This document shows, in pieces, positions 1 through 11,344 of a stretch of DNA of 64,000 nt (position 1 is its first letter; every line of letters starts with the position of its first letter). Made by a program: the position numbers and the translations under genes. The DNA is taken from positions 3,158-67,157 of the forward strand of contig CAWFVK010000018.1 in NCBI GenBank assembly GCA_963819215.1. Direction: 5' to 3'. Origin of the DNA: an uncultured Actinomycetota bacterium. GTDB taxonomy: Bacteria; Actinomycetota; Actinomycetes; Prado026. The notes under the pieces were generated by a model that did not search any database, had not been told where the DNA came from, and saw nothing but the letters and a program-made list of their open reading frames with translations.

Positions 1-111
1 GGTTGGTGGTACCTGATCGGGTTCGTCCCCCTCGGCGGATTCGTGCTGCTCTACTTCTTCATCCAGAGCGGCACAGCAGGGCCGAACCGCTACGGACCCG
101 TACCGCAGTAG
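1..111 (+). CDS. 3' end of a DUF805-family inner-membrane protein gene (5' end outside window)
   Basis: Frame 1 reads GWWYLIGFVPLGGFVLLYFFIQSGTAGPNRYGPVPQ followed by TAG at 109-111. The WW..I..P.GG...G..G.NRYGP tail is typical of DUF805 C-termini. Confidence 0.5.
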   Translation, partial: GWWYLIGFVPLGGFVLLYFFIQSGTAGPNRYGPVPQ

Positions 112-123
112 CTGGAGGCAGAC

Positions 124-978
124 CTAGGAGCTGGCCGAGCCCTCGGCCAGGCGCAGCCGCTCGCGCATGTGCTGGGGCTTCCAACCCGGTCCGGGAACGC
201 TGGCGCGCAGCATCTGGGTGTAGGGGTGCTGGGGGTGGTCGAGCACCTCGGCCGTGACACCGTGCTCCACGACGACGCCGCGCTGCATGACGATGGCGTC
301 CTCGGTGAGCTGGCGGACGACGGCGAGGTCGTGGCTGATCAGGACGTAGCTGATCCCGCGCTCGTCGCGGATGTCGGCGAGGACGTTGAGGACCTGGGCC
401 TGGATCGAGACGTCGAGGGCGGCGACCGACTCGTCGAGGATGAGCACGCGCGGATCGGTGGCGAGCGCCCGGGCGATCGCGACGCGCTGGCGCTGGCCGC
501 CGGAGAGCGCCTCGGGCAGCGCGTTGATCTGCCGCTGGTCGAGGCCGACCAGGTCGGCGAGCTCGGCGACGATCCGCTGGCGCTGGCCGCGTCGTGGTCG
601 TGGTGGACGCGCAGCACCTCGTCGATCAGGGCCGCGCCGCGACTGGCGAGGGTCGAGGCTGGAGTAGGGGTCCTGGAAGACGATCTGGACCTCGCGGCCG
701 CGCAGCTTGCGCTCCGGCCCCGCCGCGGGCGGGCTGCGAGCGGTCGCGGCCGCAGGCGATGATCGTGCCGGCGGTCGGGCGTTCCAGGCCGACGATCATC
801 CGGGCCACGTGGTCTTGCCGCTGCCGGACTCGCCGACGATCGCCAGCGAACGGCCGGGGAGCAGGTCGAAGGTCACGTCGTCGACCGCGACGTGCGTGCC
901 GAACTCCTTGCGCAGGCCGCGAACGAGAGCACCGGGCCGTCGCGTGCCGGCTCCGGGCGCGGTGCTCGGCTCAGGCAT
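124..978 (-). pseudogene. Oligopeptide/dipeptide ABC transporter ATP-binding protein (OppF/DppF-like), multiple frame breaks
   Basis: Start ATG at 978 (MPEPST...), stop at 124. Motifs present: Walker A LAIVGESGSGKTT, QIVFQDPYSSLDPR, LIDEVLRVHH, signature LSGGQRQRVAIARALATDPRVLILDESVAALD, and SHDLAVVRQL. They lie in at least four frame segments (ORFs 796-1116, 626-808, 339-617 and 124-447). Confidence 0.8.
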
Positions 979-1972
979 CGGGCACCGTCCAGCAGGTTGC
1001 CGCGCAGCTCGGTCGGCGCGTTCGCACCGCACCCGCCCCCGTCGAGCTCGATGAGCACCTGGGCGTGCGCGCGGCAGGAGTCCTGGGCGTGCGGGCAGCG
1101 GGGGGCGAACCGGCACCCGTCCGGGGCCTCGAAGGCCGACACCGGACGGCCGGGGATCGCCACCAGCCGGCGGAGCCGTCGACGTGATGTCAGGGCGGGC
1201 CTGGACGAGGGCCGCGCTGTAGGGGTGCAGCGGGTCGGCGTGCAGGCGCGACGGCGGCGCTCGTCTCGACGACCTGGCCGGCGTACATCACGCAGGTGCG
1301 GTCGCAGACCGCACCGGCGAGCTCGAGGTCGTGGGTGATGAACAGCATCGACAGGCCGCGGTCGCGGCGCAGCTCGTCGAGGATGGCCATCACCTCGGCC
1401 TGCGTGGTGACGTCGAGGGCGGTGGTGCACTCGTCGGCCAGCAGCAGCCGCGGCTCGCTGAGCAGCGCGGTGGCGATCATGACGCGCTGCAGCATCCCGC
1501 CGGAGAGCTCGTGCGGGAACTGCTCGCAGCCGCTTGCGCCGGGTCGTCGATCCCCACCTCCTCCAGCGCGGCCGCAGCGCCTGCTCGTCGCTGCCGCCTT
1601 GGGCACGTCGTCGAGGATGCGCAGCGACTCGGTCATGAAGTCCTCGATGCGGCGTACCGGGTTGATGTGCGCCCGCGGGTCCTGGAACACGACGGCCACC
1701 TGGGCGCGATGCTTGCAGCAACGCGCTGCCGGTCGAGGGCCAGGACGTCGGTGCCGTCGAAGGTGACCTCGCCGCGTGACCTCCGCGCCGGCGGGCAGCA
1801 GCCGGGCGATCGCCTTGCGCGGTCATCGACTTGCCCGAGCCGGACTCGCCGACCAGCCCCATCGCCTCGCCGGCACCGATCTCCAAGCGACGTGCCGGTG
1901 ATCACCTCGCGGCGGGCCGGCGTCCATCTGCAGCGCGACGGTCAGGTCGCGGACCTCGAGCAGGGCGCTCAT
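970..1972 (-). pseudogene. Oligopeptide/dipeptide ABC transporter ATP-binding protein (OppD/DppD-like), multiple frame breaks
   Basis: Start ATG at 1972 (MSALLEVRDLTV). Motifs present: GLVGESGSGKSM, GEVTFDGTDVLALD, VAVVFQDPRAHINP, ALEEVGIDDP, LSGGMLQRVMIATALLSEPRLLLADECTTALD, ITHDLELAG, and the C-terminal CRFAPRCPHAQDSC. The pieces alternate among all three frames. The 3' end is approximate. Confidence 0.8.
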
Positions 1973-2864
1973 CGGCGCGTCCTCCGAGGACCCGCGTCCG
2001 AGGCGTTCACCCAGGAAGCTGACCGCCGACGACGACGAGCGACGATGCACACGACCGCGGACAGCGACTCGATCGGGTAGCCCTGCAGCAGACCGGTCTT
2101 GCCCTCGGAGACCATCACCCCCCAGTCCGCCTGCGGCGACTGGACTCCCGAGGCCGAGGAACGAGATCGCCGCGAGGTCGACCATCGCGAAGCCGAACAG
2201 GATCGTGCCCTGCGCCACGATCAGGCCGGAGATGTTGGGCAGCAGGTGTCGCACGCAGAGCCGCCAGGCGCCGAAGCCCTGGACCTCCAGCGCGGCGATG
2301 TAGGCCATGGCTCGCTCCTTCAGCGCGGCCCCGCGCAGCACCCGGGCGACGTACGGCGAGTAGGCGATCGGCGAGCGCGAGCCCGGCCGAGAACAGGCCC
2401 GCGCCGAACACGGCGGCGGCGAGGACGGCGAGCAGGATGCCGGGGAAGGCGAACAGCACGTCGAGGCCGGCCGAGACGGCCGGTCGAAGCGGCCGCCGAA
2501 CCAGGCCGGTCGCGACGGCCAGGCTCGAGCCGATCGAAGACCGCGACCATCGCGACGAAGGCCGCCCCGAGCAGCGTGGTCCGCGCACCGACCATCAGCC
2601 GGCTGACAGGATCGCGCCCTGCGCCGTCGAAGCCCAGCAGGTGCCCGCCGATCGGGCCGACGTTGGCGTAGGACAGAGTCGGTGGCGTTGGGGTCGAAGG
2701 GGCGCACGATCGGGCCGAAGATCGCCAGGCAGCGAGCGCAGACGCCACGATCGCCGCGACGCTCAGCCAGCCGATGAGCCCGGTCGACGCGCAGTCGTGC
2801 GCCGGCTGGCGCGTCGGCGCGCTCTCGGGCGACCAACGAGACGGGTCCAGGACTCGATGCTCAT
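1969..2864 (-). pseudogene. ABC peptide transporter permease (DppC/OppC-like), multiple frame breaks
   Basis: ATG at 2864 (MSIESWTRLV). Fragments seen: LSYANVGPIGGHLLGFDGAGRDPVSRLMVGARTTLLGAAFVAMVAV, LDVLFAFPGILLAVLAAAVFGAG, YIAALEVQGFGAWRLCVRHLLPNISGLIVAQGTILFGFAMVDLAAISFLGLG. They are spread over ORFs 2320-3183, 2115-2588 and 1823-2836. The 3' end is approximate. Confidence 0.75.
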
Positions 2865-3815
2865 TGGGCACGGCTCCCGAGCGCGACACGCGGGTCGAGG
2901 ATCGCGTAGGCGATGTCGACGACCACGTTGGTGACGACGAAGGCGGACGACCAGCACCAGGCTGATGCCCTGGACCACGGCGAAGTCCTTGTTCTCCGCC
3001 GCCTGCACCAGGTAGGCCCCGAGGCCGTTGAGACCGAACGCCGTCTCGACGATCGCCGACAGGGCGATCAGGCTGGCGATCGTGATGCCGACGACCGTGG
3101 TGATCGGGATCGCCGCGTTGCGCAGCACGTGCCGCGCGACGATGACCCGACCACGGCAGTCCGCGGCTGATCGCGGTCTGCACGTGCTCGCGTCCCAGCT
3201 CCTCGCGGACGGCCGTCGCGGGTCACCCGCGTCACCAGCGCCACCGACGACGCCGCCAGCGCCAGCGCCGGCAGGATCAGGTGTCGCAAGCCGCCGAGGA
3301 AGCCGTCGCCGCGTCCCGAGCGCCGGGAACCAGCCCAGCTTCACCGCGAAGACGAACTGCAGCACCACCGCAGCGGCGAACGGCAGGCAGGGCGGCCGAC
3401 ATCGTCGAGGCGAGACAGCACGCCGTTGTCCATGGTGCCCGCGACAGCGCACCGAGGATGCCGAGCCCCACGCCCGACCACGATGATGATCGACGAGTCA
3501 GCAGGACCAAGCTCGGCCGTCACCCCGATGCGCTGCCTGATCAGTGTCGAGACGTTCTCGTGCAACGGGATCGACTGACCGAGGTCGCCGTGCATCGCCG
3601 CATGAGCCAGTGCCAGTAGCGCACGAGGAACGGGTCGTTGAGGTGGTACGCGCGTTGCAGCTGCGCGATGACCTCGGGAGGACGGTGCCGGCCCCCGGTC
3701 AGCGCCGCGATCGGACTGCCCGGCGCCAGGTAGAGCGACGCCGTAGATCGCGAAGCTCGCCACGAGCAGGGTGGCGACCAGCATCACCACGCGTCGTGAC
3801 GATGAACCGGACCAC
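2850..3815 (-). pseudogene. ABC peptide transporter permease (DppB/OppB-like), multiple frame breaks
   Basis: GTG at 3815 is preceded by GGGAGG (VVRFIVTTRVVMLVATLLVASFAIYG). Fragments seen: GDLGQSIPLHENVSTLIRQRIGVTAEL, KLGWFPALG, RNAAIPITTVVGITIASLIALSAIVETAFGLNGLGAYLVQAAENKDFAVVQGISLVLV, DIAYAILDPRV. They lie in different frames. The 3' end is approximate. Confidence 0.75.
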
Positions 3816-3892
3816 GTCCCTACCTCCCGAGTGATGGCGTCGTCGTCACCGCAGGCGTCAGACCTGGTACGGACAGGCCTGGCGCCGGCGGA

Positions 3893-5555
3893 TCAGGAAC
3901 CGCCGAGGTAGGCCGCCCACGGACCGAACATGTAGAGAACGTGGCCGGCGCGCCGGTCGACCTTCTTGTTCATGATCACCACGTTGTTCGGCGCCACCAG
4001 CGGGATCCAGACCTGCTGGTCGGTGATGATTTCTGGGCGGTGATCGACGTCCTGGGCCCGCTTGGTCGGGTCGGACTCGCCCCGGGCGGCGTCAGGGCCT
4101 TGATGACGTCCGGGTTGTCCAGCCGTTGAAGTTCTGCGAGCCGCCCGGCATGGCGAGCTGTTGTACAGCGCGGCCGGGTCGGCGTAGTCGCCGTAGTTCG
4201 TCGTCGGCGAAGGCGTCGACCGAGCCCCAGGCCTTCGGGTCGATGAAGAAGTTGATGTAGTTCGACGGGCTCACGTTCTTCAGCGTGACCTTCAGGCCGA
4301 TGGCCTCGGCTGCCGCCTTGAAGGCGAGCGTCTCGGTGTTGAGGGCCGGGATGCCGGACGACGTCCCGATGGTGATCGTTCTGGCCGGCGACACCTGCGC
4401 TGCTTGGCGAGCTGCTTGGCCTTGGCGAGGTCCTGGTTCATCGGCGGCAGAGCGTCGTACGCCGCGGAGAAGGTGCTGACTGGCGTAGCCCCACGGTACC
4501 GGACGGCTGCAGCGGCGTGCGGAATGCTGCCTGCGCCCTTGGTAGACCGTGTTGATCAGGCCCTTGCGGTCGAGCGCCAACGAGAGCGCCTGCCGGACCG
4601 ACGGATTGGCGAGCGGGCCCTTGGTCGCGCTGATCACCAGTGCCTCGGTGGCGTACGGCGCACCTTGGTAGACTTCGAGACGTTCGGGTCGGTCTCCAGC
4701 TGGCCGAGGGTCGACAGCGCGATCGCGTAGGTGCCGTCGATGGCGCCGGTCTTGAGGCCGGCGGTCAGCGTGGCGTCGTCAGGCACGCCGATCAGGGTCA
4801 GGCTGTTGAGCTGCGGCTTCGGCAGACGAGGTGTCCCAGTAGTTCGGGTTCGGGACCATCTTGACGCCCTTGCCGGTCTTCCAGGAGTCGAGCTTGAACG
4901 GCCCCGAGCACATGACGCCGGCGGACACGGTGCCGAAGTCCTTGCCCTTGGACTCGGCGAACTTCTGCTCCACGATCTCGCCGGGGGTCGAGGACAGCTC
5001 GCCGAGCAGCCAGTAGTCGGGCTGCGTCAGCAGGATCTTGAAGGTCTTGGCGCCCGTGACCTCGAAGCTCTTGACCCGGTCGAAGGTGCCCGCGTAGTAG
5101 CCGCCGCCCTGCGGGTCCGCCGCCGCTTGAGGCTGAAGACGGCGTCCTGCGGCCGTGACGGGGCTGCCGTCCCAGAAGTTCGCGTTCGCGTTGATCGTGA
5201 AGTCGAACTCCGTCGGGTTCGGGTTGGTGTAGCGTAGCGAGCCCGGGGCCGTGTACGACATGTCCGGCTGCTGGCGGAGCAGCGAGTCGCACAGGAGCGG
5301 GTCGACGGTGTGCTCCGGGTAGTCGAAGCCTTGGATCGGGTCGAGGGTCTGGGTCTCGCGGTAGGTCGCCCAGGCCACGTCGCCGGCGTGACTTGGTCGG
5401 CCTTCGGGGTCAGCACCGTGTAGTCCGAGTCTTGGCGGCGCGTGCTGGAGTTGGTGCGGGGCGGGTGCGCCGGCACAGGCGGTGACCAGCGCGAGCACGG
5501 CGCTCGCGCCCACCGCCGTGCACGATCGAACGGCGTCGAGCGACTTGTCCTGCAT
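3893..5555 (-). pseudogene. ABC transporter substrate-binding lipoprotein, family 5 (peptide/nickel type), multiple frame breaks
   Basis: ATG at 5555 with signal peptide and lipobox (AVLALVTACAG). Fragments seen: WATYRETQTLDPIQGFDYPEHTVDPLLCDSLLRQQPDMSY, FKLDSWKTGKGVKMVPNPNYWD, LSLALDRKGLINTVYQG, and the C-terminal IPLVAPNNVVIMNKKVDRRAGHVLYMFGPWAAYLGGS with stop at 3893. The segments are in several frames. Confidence 0.75.
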
Positions 5556-5636
5556 CCTGAGAAGTCCTGTCCAGGGGTCCATCGGCGATTCGTTCCGGTG
5601 GGTCGGGGCGGGTAGAGCCTGATCGAGAGGCGTCGG

Positions 5637-7076
5637 TCAGAAGGCGGGGCGCCAGGCGGGTCGTCCCAGAGGCCGAGCTCGCGCTCGGCGGCGGCCCCGA
5701 CGTGGAAGGCCGTGACGTCGTCGTACGGACGGGCCACGACCTGGATCCCGGTGGGGACGCCGTTGGAGGCTCGACCCGACGGCACGGTGAGCACGGGGTG
5801 GCGGCTGGCGATGTTGAAGACCGGGGTGAGCGCCGCGAAGATGTACAGCTCGACGTGCTGCACCGGCGACCGTGATGCCGTGTCGGTGTAGTCGTCGCCG
5901 GCGACGAAGCCCGTGGTGCCCGAGCGTCGGGCAGATGAGGGCGTCGTGGTCGGCGAAGACGTCGGCGAGCGCGAGGTGCACCTTCGATCTCCCGCGTCAT
6001 GCCCGGTGTAGACGCTGGCCGTCTGCAACGCGGCCGATGGACTTCGCGAGGAACAGCCGGGTGTAGTCCATGAAGCGCGGGTCGTCAGGCTCGGCGACCT
6101 CGCTCATCGAGGGCCCCATGATCGAGCCGTAGTGCACGAGCGCCGCCTCGACGTCACCGCGTGCCGGGAGAGCTCGACCGTGACCTCCTCGACCATGCGC
6201 CCCGGCCTGCCGCAGCGCGTCGGCGAAGGCCCGGGTGTTGGCCTCGACCTCGGGCGTCGATCGGGAAGTCGCCGAGCGTGACGCGCGAGCGCGATCCGCA
6301 GCCCGCGCACGTCGCCGAGGTCCTCGGGGATCGGCAGCGCGGGCAGGGAGACGTGATCGACCGGGTGCTGGCCCTGGATCACGTTGTGGAGCAGCGCGAC
6401 GTCGGCCACGGTGCGGCCCAGCGGCGCCGTCGTGGCAGTAGGTGTCGAGGTTGAACGGTGGCAGCGCCGGCACCCGACCGTACGGCGGCTTGAAGCCGAC
6501 GACGCCGTTGAGCGAGGCAGGGATCCGGATCGAGCCGCCGATGTCCGAGCCGCTCGGCGAGGTACGCCGTTCCTGAGGCGAGCGCAGCACCCGAACCGCC
6601 GGAGGACCCACCGGGGCTGTAGTCCGGGTTCCACGGGTTGCGGGTGATGCCCCACAGGTCGGAGTGGGTGAAGCGCGGCGCAGCAGAACTCGGGCGTCGT
6701 CGTGCGAGCGTGGACGATCGCGCCGGCAGCCAGCACCCGCTCCGGCACCGGGTGGGTCTCCTCGGCGACCCAGCCCTCGGTCAGCAGCGACCCGAAGCGC
6801 ATCGAGCGCCCAGCGATCGGCTGCTCCTCCTTGAGCACCACCGGGCAGTCCCTCGAGCGCTCGGGCCGCGACCCCTGTGCCGGCATAGCGTTCCGCCGCC
6901 GCCACGGCCGCCGCGCGGTAGTCCTCGTGGTCGCGCTCCAGCAAGGCGTTGACGGTCGGCTCGACCACGTCGGCGCGCGAGATGACGGCCTCGAGTGCCT
7001 CGAGCGGGGAGAGCTCCCGGCGGCGGAAGGCGCGCAGGAGCTCGGTGGCGCTCAGGTAGTGAAGGTCGGTCAACAT
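5637..7076 (-). pseudogene. Amidase (amidase-signature family), multiple frame breaks
   Basis: ATG at 7076 (MLTDLHYLSATELLRAFRRRELSPLEALEAVISR). AS-family core fragments SDIGGSIRIPASLNGVVGFKPPYGRVP and TIPSGRASNGVPTGIQVVARPYDDVTAFHVGAAAERELGLWDDP sit in different frames (ORFs 5997-7076, 6104-6886, 5027-6028). Confidence 0.75.
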
Positions 7077-7206
7077 CGTCTCCCCGGCTCGTCGGTGGGC
7101 CGAAGGTATGCGCAGCCAACACCGTCGTCAATAGTCTTGACATGATCGTTGCCTAAGTCGTCGAGTCGTCGTTACATTGCGGGAACGCCCACGCCTTGGA
7201 GGACGC

Positions 7207-8803
7207 ATGGCCCCCGCTCTCGCCGTCGTCGACGCACGCATCCGCACGCTTGATCCCGACCGCCCGTTCGCTTCCGCGCTCGCGGTGGAGGACGGCGTCA
7301 TCGTCGCGATCGGCGACACCGCCGAGGTCCGCGCCGCCTGCGACGGGACCACGAAGGTCCTGTCCGGCGACGGGTGGCAGGTCACTCCTGGCCTCACCGA
7401 CGGGCACCAGCACCTGATCATGGGCGCGCAGGTCGCGCAGGGCATCAACTTCGACCGGGTGTCCTCGTTGGGGCAGGCGCGCGCTCTGCTGCGGGCCGAG
7501 CGCGAGCGGGTCGGGCCGGATGCGTGGGTCACCGGGTTCGCGTTCGAGTACGCCGCGCTCGAGGGAGCCGAGTACCACCACGACCTTCTCGACGAGGCCG
7601 CCGGGCCGGGCCCGATGCTGATCCACACGCTCGACATGCACACCGGCCTCGCCAACGCCGCCGCACTGCGCATCGCCGGCGTCACCGGATCACGCACGTT
7701 CGAGGACGGCTCGATCATCGTGGTCGACCGCAACGGCGAACCGACCGGCGAGCTGCGCGAGATGTCCGCCGTCCGCGCCGTGCTGGACGCCGTCCCCAAC
7801 CCGTCCGACGAGCAGAGGCTGAGCTGGGTGGCGGACGCGATCCGGGCGCAGAACGCCGTCGGCATCACCGGGATCCATCAGATGGATGGGGGCCTGGAGA
7901 CTGCCCAGGCGTTCCAGGCTCTTGAAGAGGCAGGCCTGCTCAACCTGCGGGTCCGCTTCCACCAGTGGGTGGACCCCAGTCATGACGCCGCAGCACTGAC
8001 GGAGATCATCCGACGTCGGGACCTGAGCGGTGAGATGTGGACGGCGAACCAGGTGAAGCTCATGGTCGACGGCGTCATCGACACCGGAACCGCCTGGCTC
8101 GAGGAGCCCGATGCGCACGGCGACGGCAACGACCCGATGTGGCCGGACCCCGAGCACTTCCGTCGCACGATCCGCCAGTTCCACGACGCCGGGTTCCACA
8201 TCGCCACGCACGCCATCGGTGACCGCGCCGTCCGCGAGGTCCTGGACGCCTACGCGGCAGCCGGGGGCAGTGCCGGCACGGCATCGCATCGAGCACATCG
8301 AGACTGCTCCGCCGGAGCTCGTCGCGCGGTTCCGTCGCGAGAAGGTCAGCGCCTCCATGCAGCCGATCCACCTGCGCTGGCTCAACGCAGCGATGAGCGA
8401 CCCGTGGTCCGAGCGCATCGGCGTGCACCGTTGCTCGCACGCGATGCCCTCGGGAGACATCGACGCGACCGGAGCGAACGTGGTGCTCGGCTCCGACTGG
8501 CCGGTCGCGCCGTTCGACCCACGACTGGGCTTCTTCGCGGCGCAGCGGCGATACGCACCCGACGTCGAGGACCGTCGACCGATCGGCAGCAGCCGCACGC
8601 TCACCGGCCTGGAGACGCTCGCCGGCTACACGGTCAACGCAGCGCGCGTGGACGGCGGGCAGGGCGGCGTGCTGCGGGTTGGTGCTCCCGCCGACTTCGT
8701 CGCGTGGGGTGCGGACATCGTCGAGTGCGCGCCCGAGGACGTGACCGACCTCCCCGTCCACCTCACCGTCGTCGGTGGCCGGGTCGCGCACCAGCGCGAC
8801 TGA
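7207..8803 (+). pseudogene. Amidohydrolase (metal-dependent hydrolase, YtcJ/amidohydrolase_3-like), single frame break
   Basis: GGAGG precedes ATG at 7207 (MAPALAVVDARIRTLD). TDGHQHL and HAIGDRAV motifs are present. The frame changes at the G5 run 8263-8267: ...DAYAAAG then AVPARHRIEHIETAPPELV continues in ORF 8111-8803. The gene is a paralog of the next gene. Confidence 0.8.
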
Positions 8804-8883
8804 GAGCGTCGCGCGGAGGCGTCAGTCAACGTCGTGGTCAACACCATTGACGCATCGTGCCGGAAGGCCTTAGCGTCCAGCCC

Positions 8884-10548
8884 ATGACGGTCAACGGTGC
8901 ACGTATCGAGCACGCCGACACGGTGTTCGTCGGTGGTCGGATCTTCACCCAGGGGCTGACGACGTCCAGGCCTGGGACGGTCGCCGTGAAGGCAGGACGG
9001 ATCTCCGCCGTCGGCAGCGAAGCCGACGTCCGCGAGCTCGCCGGCCCCGGCACCGAGGTGGTTGATCTGTCGGGTGGCCTGCTCGTTCCCGGCTTCCAGG
9101 ACGCGCACGCGCACCCAGTGATGGCCGGCGTCGACCTGCTGCGCTGCGACATCCACCACTGCGAGTCCGCGGATGAGGCGCTCGCCGTCATCGCCGCGTA
9201 CGCCAAGGCCCATCCCGACCTGCCGTGGATCGTCGGCGGGGGCTGGTCGATGGAGCACTACCCCGGCGGAACGCCCACGCGTCAGCAGCTGGACAGGGTG
9301 GTGCCCGACCGGCCGGCGTACTTCCCGAACCGCGACGGGCACGGCGTCTGGGTCAACACCCGCGCCCTGGAGATGGCGGGCATCACGGCGAGCACCGCTG
9401 ACCCCGCGGACGGACGGATCGAACGAGCCGCGGACGGGTCACCGTCAGGCACCCTGCACGAAGGTGCGGGTCAGCTGGTCGGGCACCTGCTGCCGGCCGT
9501 CGAGCGCGACGAGCAGCTCCGTGGGCTCCGCGTGGCGGAGGACTTCCTCTTCTCGCTGGGCATCACCAGCTGGCAGGACGCCGCGGTGGGCCAGATGTTC
9601 GGTCAGCGCGACCTGCTCCCGGTCTACCTCGACGCCGCGGCCTCGGGAGCGCTGCGTGCCCGCGTGGTCGGCTCGTTGTGGTGGGACCGCGCCCGCAGCT
9701 CCGAGCAGGTGGCCGACCTCGTCGAGCGGCGGGGCGCAGGCGGCGTCGGCCGGTTCCGCCCGACCACGGTGAAGATCATGCTCGACGGCGTCGCCGAGAA
9801 CTTCACCGCCGCGATGCTCGAACCGTACGAGGACGGGTGCGGCTGCCAGACGGAGAACGACGGCCTCGACTTCGTCGACCCCGTCGGCCTGAAGGAGTAC
9901 GTCACCAGGCTCGACGCCGCCGGTTTCCAGGTGCACTTCCACGCGCTCGGTGACCGAGCCGTGCGGCACGCGCTCGACGCGGTCGAAGCAGCCCGCACGG
10001 CGAACGGCCCGACCGATGGACGCCACCACCTGGCGCACCTGCAGGTCGTGCACCCCGACGACATCGCGCGCTTCGCCCGCCTCGGCGCGACCGCGAACAT
10101 CCAGGCGCTGTGGGCTGCCCATGAGCCACAGATGGACGAGCTCACCATTCCCTTCCTCGGGGAGCGGCGCAGCGGTTGGCAGTACCCCTTCGGTGCGCTC
10201 GAGCGAGCGGGCGCGCAGCTTGCCGCCGGAAGCGACTGGTCGGTGTCCAGCGCGGATCCGCTGGACGGCATCCACGTCGCCGTCAACCGCCAGTCACCCG
10301 GTGCCGTCGACATGCCACCGCTCGACGCGAGCCAGGCTCTGTCGCTCGCCACTGCCCTGGCGGCGTACACCGCTGGCTCGGCCCGGGTGAACCATCAGGA
10401 CGACACCACCGGCCACCTCGTGCCCGGCAGGTACGCGGACCTCGCGGTCCTGGACCGTGATCCGTTCGACGGCCCGGCGACGGCCATCAGCGAGGCCACC
10501 GTGAGCCACACGTACGTGCAAGGCGAGTGCGTGTTCCGCCGTGACTGA
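8884..10548 (+). CDS. Amidohydrolase (amidohydrolase_3/YtcJ-like)
   Basis: Intact ORF 8857-10548. Motifs present: PGFQDAHAHP, HFHALGDRAVRHALDA, HHLAHLQVV, AAGSDWSVSS. ATG at 8884 (MTVNGARIEH) is preferred over GTG at 8857 by analogy with the upstream paralog. Confidence 0.85.
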   Translation: MTVNGARIEHADTVFVGGRIFTQGLTTSRPGTVAVKAGRISAVGSEADVRELAGPGTEVVDLSGGLLVPGFQDAHAHPVMAGVDLLRCDIHHCESADEALAVIAAYAKAHPDLPWIVGGGWSMEHYPGGTPTRQQLDRVVPDRPAYFPNRDGHGVWVNTRALEMAGITASTADPADGRIERAADGSPSGTLHEGAGQLVGHLLPAVERDEQLRGLRVAEDFLFSLGITSWQDAAVGQMFGQRDLLPVYLDAAASGALRARVVGSLWWDRARSSEQVADLVERRGAGGVGRFRPTTVKIMLDGVAENFTAAMLEPYEDGCGCQTENDGLDFVDPVGLKEYVTRLDAAGFQVHFHALGDRAVRHALDAVEAARTANGPTDGRHHLAHLQVVHPDDIARFARLGATANIQALWAAHEPQMDELTIPFLGERRSGWQYPFGALERAGAQLAAGSDWSVSSADPLDGIHVAVNRQSPGAVDMPPLDASQALSLATALAAYTAGSARVNHQDDTTGHLVPGRYADLAVLDRDPFDGPATAISEATVSHTYVQGECVFRRD

Positions 10549-10577
10549 CCACGCTCACAGCATCGCCTGCAGCGCAC

Positions 10578-10594
10578 TGTCACCGGCTTTGACA
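10578..10594. promoter_or_regulatory. Inverted repeat TGTCA-N7-TGACA upstream of the TetR gene (candidate operator)
   Basis: TGTCACCGGCTTTGACA lies 9-45 nt upstream of the possible TetR starts. This is a short palindrome only. Confidence 0.2.
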
Positions 10595-10602
10595 ACGATC
10601 GC

Positions 10603-11328
10603 GTGGCGAGGCACGCTGCGCTGCGTGGAAGCCACCGCATGAGTCCGAGCAAGAAACCGGCGCGCACGGTCCTGTCCCGTGAGCTGATCCTCAAGGCAGC
10701 CCTCGACATCGTCGACTCCGACCAGGTGCGCGAGCTCACGATGAGCCGGCTCGGCAAGGCGCTTGGGGCCGACCCGAGCGCGGTCTACCGGCACTTCCGG
10801 AACAAGGACGAGCTCCTGCTCGCGATGGCCGACGCCATGCTCGAGGAGGTCGCCACCACCTTCGTCCCGGTCCCGGATGCGATCGACAACCTGCGCGCGA
10901 TGTCATGGGCGTTCCGCGACACCTACCTGCGCCGCCCCGGGCTCGCGCAGGAGGTCGCCTCCCGGTTCACCGGCGGCGCCGCCGAAGCCAAGCTCGTGCG
11001 TCAGATGATCGAGAGCATCCAGGGGCTCGGCTTCACCATCGAAGAGGCGATCGCGCGCAACCGCGCACTGGCCGAGATGATCCTCGGGCACATCATCATG
11101 ACCGCCGACGTGCTCTCGCTCAGCACGCAGCAGCAGGCGTTCGACCTGCAGATGGCGACGATCTACTACTCCGCGCCGTACAACCCCGTCAACGTCCTGC
11201 CGCGGGACGAGCAGCTCGCTGCCACCCGCGCCGACAGCGACGCCGTGTTCCACACCATGCTCGAGACGATGCTCGCGGGCCTGGTCGCCGAGCGCCCGCC
11301 GACGCGTCGACGGTCCCGCAAGGCCTGA
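10603..11328 (+). CDS. TetR/AcrR family transcriptional regulator
   Basis: N-terminal HTH region SRELILKAALDIVDSDQVRELTMSRLGKALGADPSAVYRHFRNKDELL. The start is GTG at 10603 or ATG at 10639. Confidence 0.85.
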   Translation: MARHAALRGSHRMSPSKKPARTVLSRELILKAALDIVDSDQVRELTMSRLGKALGADPSAVYRHFRNKDELLLAMADAMLEEVATTFVPVPDAIDNLRAMSWAFRDTYLRRPGLAQEVASRFTGGAAEAKLVRQMIESIQGLGFTIEEAIARNRALAEMILGHIIMTADVLSLSTQQQAFDLQMATIYYSAPYNPVNVLPRDEQLAATRADSDAVFHTMLETMLAGLVAERPPTRRRSRKA

Positions 11329-11344
11329 CGGAGAAGGAGTCCTC

